From contig CM035355.1 in the NCBI GenBank assembly GCA_020137815.1, positions 6,758,001-6,822,000 of the forward strand: 64,000 bases of DNA. The letters are read 5' to 3'. Shown in pieces: positions 25,465 through 35,800 of the stretch (the stretch's first letter is position 1; each line of letters opens with the position of its first letter). Under the pieces are notes generated by a model that did no database searches, was not told the DNA's origin, and worked only from the letters and a program-made list of their open reading frames with translations. This DNA is from Hormiphora californensis (lineage: Eukaryota > Animalia > Ctenophora). The translations under genes were made by a program, and so were the position numbers.

Positions 25465-26408
25465 ATGCTAGCGGTCAGTAGCAGCAATGCCGTGCCAGCG
25501 CCGGACTCCCTCGCTCAGATGCTCGTTCAAGCGCTAACTGCACAGGACCACGCCCTCCTAGAAGAGGTAAACTGGCAAGGGAAAGTTTCTGTAGCAAATT
25601 TCAAACTCTCAAGGAAAGTTTCTATAGCGAATTTGAAACTAGCAAGGAAAGTTTCTACAGCGAATTTCAAACTCTCAAGAAATAATCTTTATTCTAACGC
25701 TTCTAATCATCATCAGGTGTTACATTACAAAAAGCCAGTAACAGTTGAAAAGACCCTCTCCAGATTACCCCTGACACACGTCATCCCACTCATCCAGTCT
25801 ATAACAGGTTCGTTCCATTTCTTGCTCAGAATTTGATTGTTCAAAGTAGTTCAAAGTTGCTCCCCCAACAAGTGCCTAACATATATTTTGAAAGTGTATC
25901 AAATTACTAAACCCCCTCCTCTCCCCCGGTTTTAGAGAAGATTGACAGTAAACCCAGTAGAGGTAGTGAGCTAACGATATGGCTGCGTCAAGTCATGATA
26001 ACCCACCGGTCCTACCTTCTCTCCTCCCCGGATATCGCAGCAAACTTACAGCCACTTTACAGGCTAATTGACATGCAGCTTAACAACTATCCTAAGTTGA
26101 TAAAATTACAGGTTAGACTAAAATGTATATGAGAGAGGCTGGGGAGTGGGGAGATATAGTTTGTGTTTATCCCGCCACCCACTACGGCCCCACGTGTTTA
26201 ATTACTACACATAATTATGTATAATTACTGCACATGGTTTGTATAATAACCCTGTTTTATTTTATTACAGGGTAAACTGGAGTTACTGCTGCAAGAAAGA
26301 AGGACTAGTGAGGACGACTGCTCTCCCCTCTCCCCCGTGTCGATGGAAGAGGAGGAGAATGAGGGAGAGGAAGGGGCCGATGATGATTTGGAGAGTGAGG
26401 ACGAATGA
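25465..26408 (+). CDS. Small Utp12/Dip2-domain protein (WDR43/Utp5 C-terminus-like), 4 exons, acidic tail
   Basis: SLAQMLVQALTAQDHALLEEVL...VEKTLSRLPLTHVIPLI...IWLRQVMITHRSYLLS...KLIKLQGKLELL; TGA at 26406-26408. Confidence 0.75.
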
Positions 26409-26545
26409 AGGACAGAAATAGAGAGAGAGAGAGAGAGAGCGTGTTTTTAGCGAGCATTAATTTATTTTGACCTGTTTTTAACTTGAGCGATACACAAAAC
26501 ATTTAACAAATTAACTTGTTTTCTTTTTACTCTGCAGTAAATTTG

Positions 26546-27455
26546 TATTAGGTCATTCGGTAAATATCTGGACAGGTATGTTTGTGAGAGAACGGAGCTA
26601 GATAGAGCCAAGCGACCTGTTCCAGCGTCTTCCTTGGAATTTTTAGGTTGGACTAGGATGGTGGGAACCTTCGCCTGCTGGCAGTATTGCCTCACGAGCA
26701 ATATGTTTCAATGCTACTCTTGCTGCCGCTTTATGCAAGAAAAAACTGTGGCACTACGGATGATTGAATATGTCATGGCATTTTCTCTATTGGGGACAGA
26801 TGATCGGTTTGACCAGTGTTCCTAGATCACTTTTTTAGCCTGAAGATGATGCAACCATAATTGAAGCGTTTAGATTCCATCTTCATCCTTAAAAATTGGA
26901 TTTTTGCCAAAATTGCTCCTTGCACACTTCATGGCCGTTTTTGTACGTTCTAAACGTCTAAATGACTTGAATCCAACGTTAAATGTTAGCTTATACAATT
27001 TTCTAGGTCCTATGTTAGTTTTATTACGATCGGTCAATGGGTACCTGGCTCATGGCGGCTTTTTTCAACATTTGTAAAAAAAATTAAAATTCAGCTTTAC
27101 CAAATCTAGCGAAAATCGCTTCCCCGTGCTAGAAATTTTATCCAAAAATTTCAGGAAGGTTTATGGAGTATCTCAAGGCATTTAATAAGCAATATATAGG
27201 GTTAAAAACTTTCCGAATGATCCGGAAGTAGGTCATATTGGTCCAAAATTGAGTTAAAAGTTAGCATAAAGCGGCAGCTAGAGTAGCATTGAAACATATT
27301 GCTCGTGAGGCAATACTGCCAGCAGGCGAAGGTTCCCACCATCCTAGTCCAACCTAAAAATGTCCAAGGAAGACGCTGGAATAGGTCGCTTGGCTCTATC
27401 TAGCTCCGTTCTCTCACAAACATACCTGTCCAGATATTTACCGAATGACCTAATA
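26546..27455. mobile_element. Non-autonomous TIR element with ~190-bp inverted arms
   Basis: TATTAGGTCATTCGGTAAATATCTGGACAGG... / ...CCTGTCCAGATATTTACCGAATGACCTAATA; probable TA target. Confidence 0.88.
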
Positions 27456-27518
27456 ATTCTGCTAATCTCCAATATCTGATCTTTTTTTGTTCTTAGCTCC
27501 TCCTAGTGTGGAACCAGC

Positions 27519-30500
27519 ATGGGAGTGACTGGTCTATGGAGGCTGATTGAGAAGACTGGGAGACCTGTATCCCTGGGCCACCTTGCAGATAAGAGGCTAG
27601 CTGTGGATATGAGTATCTGGATGAATCATATGATCAAGGGTGGACGGGATCGAAATGGTAAGCGATCTGGGAAGGTAGAAATGGCTAGCGATATGTGAGG
27701 GTACTGGGTAGAAATGGTAAGCGATCTGGGAGGGTAGAAATGGCTAGCGATATATGTGAGGGTACTGGGTAGAAATGGTAAGCGATCTGGGAGGGTAGAA
27801 ATGGCTAGCGATATATGTGAGGGTACTGGGTAGAAATGGTAAGCGATCTGGGAGGGTAGAAATGGCTAGCGATATATGTGAGGGTACTGGGTAGAAATGG
27901 TAAGCGATCTGGGAGGGTAGAAATGGCTAGCGATATATGTGAGGGTACTGGGTAGAAATGGTAAGCGATCTGGGAGGGTAGAAATGGCTAGCGATATATG
28001 TGAGGGTACTGGGTAGAAATGGTAAGCGATCTGGGAGGGTAGAAATGGCTAGCGATATATGTGAGGGTACTGGGTAGAAATGGTAAGCGATCTGGGAGGG
28101 TGGAAATGGTAAGCGGGATAGTTGATCTGGGAGGGTGGAACTGATGTCTGATATTGGAGTTGGGAGGGTAGAACTGGGATCTTGATTCTTGGGGTGGCTA
28201 ATGGCCATGGGGGAGATGTCATAACATAGCAGAAAGGGTAAATATGGGAGTGCCGGAGTGAGAGATAAACTAAAGAGAGGGACTAGAAAGAGAGAGAAAA
28301 AAGAGGGGGAGAGAGACAGTAAGACTAGCTTCTGTTGTATTTATCTGTCACTGCACCTGTTGCTCACTGACGTCACGCTTTCTCTTTCTTCCGACCCAAT
28401 CTTTAGCTTTCTCCCGACCCAATCTTTAGCTTTCTTCCGACCCAATCTTTAGCTTTCTCCCGACCCAATCTTTAGCTTTCTTCCGACCCAATCTTTAGCT
28501 TTCTATCGACCCAATCTTTAGCTTTCTCCCGATCCAATCTTTAGCTTTCTTCCGGCCCTTTTTATCAGATTTTTCGGGGAATTTCTCTCTCCCGATCTTT
28601 AGCCACATCACCCACCTCAAGATTATTCTATCTATCTCTAAGAGGGCTCTAAAATTATTCTCTCCTATCCCCTTCTTCCCTAACTTCCTAACCCTCCCTC
28701 TCCTCCCAGGTAATCGACTAGAGAACATCCACCTGACATCTCTATACCACCGAATCTGCAAACTCCTCTTTCACCGCGTCAAACCAGTCTTTGTGTTTGA
28801 TGGGCAGGTACCACTGATAAAACGGCAAACAACAGCAAAACGGCGTCAACTCCGAAACCATGCTGTTCAAAACGCAACATCTCTACAACGAGAGAAAATG
28901 AAAGTTAACCTCCGATTATTGGCAGTAGCTGAAGCCATGGGTAAAGCCCCTCCTTCTAATCTTGTAAAACCTGTAGCCCCTGAAAAGGACATGTTTTACC
29001 TTCAGCCCCTTCAAAACACTGAGGCTGCAGCGGAAGACAATGATGATGATGACGAAGATGAGGGTGATGGAAAAGTAGCAGGAATGTTATCTCGACAACA
29101 ACACAAACTAGATCCTGAAAGTGCTGATTTCCGTTCCCTACCCCCTGAGATGCAACACGAGCTCCTCTTAGAGCACGTTGAGTGGATGAAACAGCAGGCT
29201 AAAGCAGCATCTCACTCCGCAGCAGTGTCCTCTGACTCCTTCTCAACCCACCAAATTGACCATGTAGTAGCAAGGAACAAGATCGCGGAACGGATAGGTG
29301 AGCTGAGGAAGGTGCTGAAACGGGGCGGGAAGGAGCGGCAGGGGGACTACGATGTTCAAATCTTGAAATGTGGGGATGATAGTGAGATCGTGTTTACTAA
29401 ACAAATCAGTAATGTGAAGTTTAGTGTGTTAGACACAAGGGGAAAGAATAAGAGACGGAGGGTCAAGAGTAGCTCTCCTAAAAAGAAAGATCCAGCAGAA
29501 AAAGAAGAGGAAGATGTTGAGGTAAAGAAGGAAGATAGTGCTGCTGAGATGCGGAAACTCCTCTTCTCTTCAACCATATCTGAATCATCATCCTCTTCAG
29601 ATCGAGATGATAATTGTGGAAATGATTTCGATAGTGACAGGGTAACACGGAACACTCTGGGATTATCCACTGGTCATCCAGGAACCTTTCTAAACCCCTA
29701 CCACCACAAGAAGTCCAATAAGAAGAGAGAGGAGGAGGACCCGTATGATATCAGCAGCAGTGATGGTAGTGATTTAGATGATGTAACTGTGATTTCTCAA
29801 ACTGTGAAAACAACCGTGCCTCCCCCGAGTAGTGAGTCTTCAAAAGCATCGTGTACACCAGTGAAACCACCATCCCCAGCAGTTGTAGAAGAACAGGCAC
29901 ATCAGAAAAAGTCCACACCACCATTACCAACTGGGAACCCACCTCTACCAACTGGGAACCACTTACCAATTCCTCCTTCCCCAGCAACAACCACAGTACA
30001 AAACACTGGAAACCAATCATCATCACCATCTTTACCAGGGGTTGTTAGACAGGTAATGGGAGTTGTTAAAGAGCGAGTTAGGGGTGTTGTCAGTCCCCGT
30101 AGAGGGCTATCTGATGTCGCTGCTCTAAAGGAGGAAGAAAGGAAACCCATTGAAATTTACCCGGAGAAACAAGATTTAAAGGCTCCTAAAACACCTCCCA
30201 AAACAACTCAGCCCCAACCAAGTCCACAAAAAGGTCTTAACTCTCCAACTAAAGGGACATCCCCAAATCTGTTATCGGAGATATCAGGTAAAAGACTGGA
30301 GGATCTGCATGGGGACCTGGCTGAAGAGTTGGACTCGCTTAGAAAGGAACACAGACAGGAGATGGCCAAAACCGAAACGGTAAGGTTATGTCAACTGTTC
30401 CATATTTGTCTGTCTGTGCAATGTATCCCGGATGTGTATGTCTGTATTTTTAGTGTAATTGGTGCGTGCAGAGAATAGTATGCCCTGCATTTACAATTAG

Positions 30501-31466
30501 ACACATGTGTAATATGTACATGGGTTTTATCCGTATTTGATCAACTGTATAACGGATAATCTCCCTCCCCACTCTCTCCTACTAACCCCCTCTCCAGTCT
30601 CTCCTACTAACCCCCTCTCCACTCTCTCCTACTAACCCCCTCTTCTTTCCGCTTAGGTAGATAGAGGTATGATAGCGGACATCAAGAAACTCCTCCAAAT
30701 GTTTGGACTGCCATATATGGTAGCACCAGGCGAGGCCGAGGCACAATGTGCCACTCTCTGTAATCTATCTCTATGTGATGGCGTGATAACAGACGATAGT
30801 GATATCTTCCTCTTCGGTGACGTCTCAGTTTACAAGGATGTCTTCAAAAAAGATCGGGATATCATGGAATTTTCATCGGCTGGAATTCAGAACAATCTTG
30901 GGTTAAGTCGGGATCAACTGATAGACCTTGCCCAGATTGTGGGCAGTGATTATTGTGCTGGAATAACTGGTATGGGCTGTGCAATTGGACATGATCTCCT
31001 CTCAACACACGGTTCTATCACCCACTTCCTCTCTTTATCACGTCCTTCTAAATACTCCAGATTTAGTTTTGAGGGCCTACCCAACACTGCTGCGGTAGAG
31101 GCCTACCTAAAACCAAATGTGGACAATACTGGTGAAGCCTTCAGTTGGAGAGAGCCAGATGTGGATCAGATAGTGGGGTATCTGGGTAGGCAGTTGAGTT
31201 GGAGTGGGGAGAAAGTGAGAACTGATCTAGCGCCTGTTTTGAAGGAGTTGAGGAGTGAGCAGACTAGAATTACACAGTTTGTTAAGGTTAAACCTGTTCC
31301 TAAAAGTGAGGTGGTCAAGAAGAAACCTGTTTCTAAAAGTGAGGTTGTGAGGAAGAAAGGTGTGGCTAAAAAGGGAAGGGGTGGAGGGGGACGAGGAAGG
31401 AAGGCTACCCAGCCTCCACTTGAAAAGAGAGCCAGGGTTATAAGTAGTGAAAGTGAATCCGACTGA
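27519..31466 (+). CDS. ERCC5: XPG/Rad2 structure-specific endonuclease, 3 coding exons
   Basis: N-domain MGVTGLWRLI...LAVDMSIW...KPVFVFDG; spacer UBM-like FRSLPPEMQHELL; I-domain FGLPYMVAPGEAEAQCA...ITDDSDIFLFG...GSDY; basic C-terminal NLS. Confidence 0.93.
27652..28113 (+). repeat. 61-bp minisatellite (~7 copies) starting at the ERCC5 intron-1 donor
   Basis: Unit GGGTAGAAATGGTAAGCGATCTGGGAGGGTAGAAATGGCTAGCGATATATGTGAGGGTACT. Confidence 0.95.
28392..28552 (+). repeat. ~22-bp minisatellite
   Basis: Unit CCGACCCAATCTTTAGCTTTCT(T/C). Confidence 0.9.
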
Positions 31467-31603
31467 GTGAAATGTGTGATCGATTTGAAACTGATTTTGA
31501 TTAACTTATTTCATCACTTTTTTAACAAGTTTTACTGTTTTAGTACAACATTTCGTTTTGATTTAATCGATTCTAATTTCTAACCCTTTCCTATGTTATA
31601 GCA

Positions 31604-32125
31604 ATGGGTCGGTTACAACTGGAATTACACCCTGCTAAACACGTTCACTACACAGTATTCAGAGAAGTTACCAACGCTCCCGCTCTCCTCTCCCTCATCA
31701 AATCGGGAAAATGTGCTTCTCTCCTTCTCAACGAATCAAACCTTGTATCTCCATTTCACCTTGGGGTTGCGATAAACAAGGCTTTATCAGCAGAAGCCAG
31801 TGGTAAAATGAAGTCCCGGTCAGTCATGACGGAAATTGTGTTGTGTCTCAGTTTGGTGAACGGAATTAGCCAAAGTTTGAACACATTTGGACTGAAGCCA
31901 GATACAAAAGGAATTGTTGCCGTTACTATTGGAGAGAGTGAGGTCGAGATTCAGGGACAGATTGATGAATTAAAGGGTCAGGTAGAGGGAGTTGTAATTG
32001 CAGAGGAGGATAGTTTTGGGTATGTAGAGAGTGAGGTATGCAGAGTGTACGGGGTGACAAAGGAGGAACAATTAGTAGATAGTTTAGAGGGTGCGGTGGT
32101 CATGAAAATTGCCACCAAAATCTGA
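31604..32125 (+). CDS. TPRKB: KEOPS complex subunit CGI-121/TPRKB, single exon
   Basis: VFREVTNA...LVSPFHLGVAINKA...GKMKSRSVMTEIVLCLS...ISQSLNTFG...AVVMKIATK; 173 aa. Confidence 0.9.
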   Translation: MGRLQLELHPAKHVHYTVFREVTNAPALLSLIKSGKCASLLLNESNLVSPFHLGVAINKALSAEASGKMKSRSVMTEIVLCLSLVNGISQSLNTFGLKPDTKGIVAVTIGESEVEIQGQIDELKGQVEGVVIAEEDSFGYVESEVCRVYGVTKEEQLVDSLEGAVVMKIATKI

Positions 32126-32811
32126 TGGCTGTCCACAAAACTGTTTCTGTTTTGGTTTCGATATTTGTTCAGTTTGTGTGTACTGTGCCCCACTTTGTGT
32201 CACATCAGAGTTTGTGAGTTGATGGTGGAGCGCGCGTTGACACAGCTCATGACTTTTCCGCGCGCCGAGAAGTTTTGGCGTAAAGTGGGCGTTTTTCTTG
32301 AATATGAGTATTTTATCCTCTTAATTAACTTATTCGCTTTCATAAAACTGAGTGTTTATCATATGTGTCGCCCTCTCAAGTCGAAACAAGATCAAAATTT
32401 GCCATTAATTCCATCATCCCACATCCACGTTCGTTATCCCGTATTGCATCTGGATTTAGCAGAAGTGCGCGCGAACCACTTCACAAGATTCACCTCGCGC
32501 CCTCCGTCAGACTCAGAAATTACGTAACATTTCAGTGTGTACAACTGATGAAAAGCTGTGCAGATTGTCATAAAATAACGAACAGATACACACACAAGAA
32601 CTGAAAACCGTTGAAATAATGTTAGAACGAGAGAGATATGATGGTATGTACAAATGGTAAAACGTCACAGTGTCACTACAAAGGTGTTAGCTCTCAAATA
32701 CAACTTGCCCGCAAAACTGAATCAAATCAACAACACTACTACAATAACTGTCCCCCATTTAATTATCAATTCAATAACATTAATTAATTTAAAACCACTA
32801 CCCCATCATCA

Positions 32812-35800
32812 CTACAAACTAATCTTTCTAACATTCGTCTTGACCTCAAGAGCAGCAACTTGTAAAGGCCACGAATGTGATTCAATCCCCGCTTGGAGTG
32901 CTACCCCAGTACACACTGCCAGTTCAGGATCAATACTAGTGTTCAGTTCTTTGCCATCAAAATATTCAGATATTATCTCGCGTATACGAGGTATCCGAGT
33001 ACTACCACCGACTAGCACAATGTCACTGATGTCAGAGCGTTTCAGTTCTGCGTATTTGAGAGTCGCTTCTATTGGCTCCAAGACCTGGGGGAGGGGAGAA
33101 ATAGGCTTTACAACTTTTGAAATACTAGAAAATCAAAGAAGAATCACAGGAAATGAAAGTTAGAATAAGATATTATTGTCGGTTTGAGCCCGACCCTCGC
33201 AAGACATTTTTCTAATTTCCCACTCTCAGATCTCATTCACGAAATGAAAGTTGTAATACCTTATCAAAAAGATGTTTATTGATACTTTCAAAGTCATCTT
33301 TAGTAACAGACAGGGTAACCCTAATTGGTGTCTGTCCCTTTCCACCTTGTAATGACATGTTGACTTCAACTGTGTCCCTTTTACTAAGGTCTAACTTTAT
33401 CCTCTCACATTCCTCTCTCAGAACCTAGGCAGGGTTTGGGGATCTAGGAACTTGGTTACTAGGCAGGATTGGGGTCTAGGAACTTGGTTAGGCAGGGTTG
33501 GGGGTCTAGGAACTTGGTTAGGCAGGGTTGGGGGTCTAGGAACTTGGTTAGGCAGGGTTGGGGTTCTAGGAACTTGGTTACAAGAAGGTAGAGCTTTCTA
33601 TGGTATACAAAGTTGGGGGTTGAAGGAAAATGTGATACATCCTTCCATGGCGTACAAAAATGGAGGATGGAAGCTAAAATTAGGAATTGAAATTTTACCT
33701 GGTGATCAATATCAGATAGAGCTGATTGTTCAACACCAAACTCCGTACGGGCCCTTTCTAACAAGTGTTGGTATAGGACTTCATTAAAGTCCTGACCTCC
33801 CAACCTGTTGTTTCCTGATGGTGGGAGAGATTTGTTGGAAAGTAGAAAAGGCTTGAAAACAGCCAGTAGGGGAAATGTGGCCTAAAGGGCGGAAGACACT
33901 GTGAATTTGTGTGTGTCTGTACATTCACAGTTCACTTGCTTGTCAACACTGGACACATGTGTGTAGTTACTACACTGTAGTACACCTTACCAAAGATAGT
34001 GGAGGTGAGGTATCATCAGTCCTCAAATTAATTTGTTTAAAGTAGTGTTGAAAAGTTTGAAACTTTTCAACACTACTTTAAACAAATTAATTTGAGGACT
34101 GATGATGTAGATTCTATCAACGAAAGTACTTTCCCAAATCCGATTGTCGTCACTTCGTTACCTCACCTCCCCTACCTTGTTTCAACCAAACCCCGGGGTA
34201 ATGGACGACCGGAGCTAAATTATGATGGCACACTGACTAGGAGGGAAGCCCTTGCACCCAACCCTTGTCTTCACCTTACCAAAGACTAGCAAGTCAAATA
34301 GCTGATTTGGGCTCTCCAACACAGAGGGGGTGTTAGGGAAGCCCTTCAATACAAGTATTTATGCTATGCCAAGTACATATTATATCGTAAATACTACAAC
34401 TTCAGCTACTAGAAAGATCAAGAGTCACATCCAAAATTATACACACATTATCTTCAAGATCAAGAAACACACAGTACCTGCAAGAGCGACGGTTGCAAAC
34501 ATGGGTCCGTTAGTAAAAAGAAGAGAGACATCTGATGTACCACCACCAATATCCACTACCATCACATAGGCAGACTCTGCAGGAGAGGGGGGAGTTAGTA
34601 ATTTGGTTCTCCAGCCCTCTTGGGCATACACGCAGTGTAGGGCGGAAATGGAGAAATATAGAGAAAGAAAGGGAGAGAAAGGAAAAGTAATAACTTGCCA
34701 ATAGTATAATGTTCAATACATTCTGTACAATGCAACTGTATACAATTAATGTACAGTCTGTGTAACTGTACTGTGAACTGTGTAATTGTGCAGCACTGTG
34801 TGTATGTAAGCCCAGAAAGGAATGTTTTCTTGGCACACAACACTGGAGTATTTAACGTGAGCACACTTCTTAAAAATATAGGAACTAAGTTTAAAAGTAT
34901 GTTAGAGGGTCGAGCAAGATAAAAAGTGTGAATATAGGATAGTCATATTAGGACTCACCATCTTTTTTGTGAAGCCCATAAGCCATGGCAGCTGCAGTAG
35001 GTTCGCTGATAATCTTCTTGATCTTCAACCCGGCCAGTTTACCAGCTTGGGCTGTATAGTTTCTCTGTTCCTGTAAAAGAGGACGTGTTGCTGGATGTTA
35101 CTGACCGTATTTCGAATGACTAAATCGGTAAACTGATTAAATAAAAACATAATTTCTCATTCCAACTAGTTCGACAGATTCTGTGACAGAAGAAGAAGAC
35201 ATGTCATATTGAGGGTAGAATTTGAAACCTGTAAATACACGATCCAACAACCAACTACCCCTCCTCATTCCCCTACCTCCCACACCACCCGCCCCAAAAA
35301 CTATCACTGTGAACCTCCTAGTATACCTCATCAAAGTCAGCAGGTACACTCATAACTCCCATGTTAATGGCTGATTCAATACGCTTCTCTGCTGTAGCTC
35401 TCAATTCTTTCAGGATTTCTAAAATCGGGTAGAAGAACGGGTACAATTAGAAAGAACTAAAACTATGAAAAAGTTAAATGTTTACAATGAACTATGAAGT
35501 ATCATGAATGAGATATAATCACGATGAAGTAAGAAGTATAAAATTCACCTGCCCCAATGTCCTCTGGTTTTAGCATTCGCTCCTCCCCGTTATCGAACTT
35601 GATGTAGAAGTAGGGTTTCTCCTGAAGTCGTGTCAGTTTGAAACTGTACAAATTCTGCAACTCGTCCAACTCCGCCTGAAACAAGAATTGTAATGCCATC
35701 GATACGGTATGTGTCGAAAAAAGTAAATTTTCTTAATTTCCATGCAACAGATCGTTACACCAAACCGCTGACAAATGTTTGTTAGAACTTTTATTTGGGT

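Noticed and set aside
27652-28552. CRISPR-like arrays
   Set aside because: The units are contiguous tandem repeats without unique spacers; eukaryotic intron context and no cas genes.
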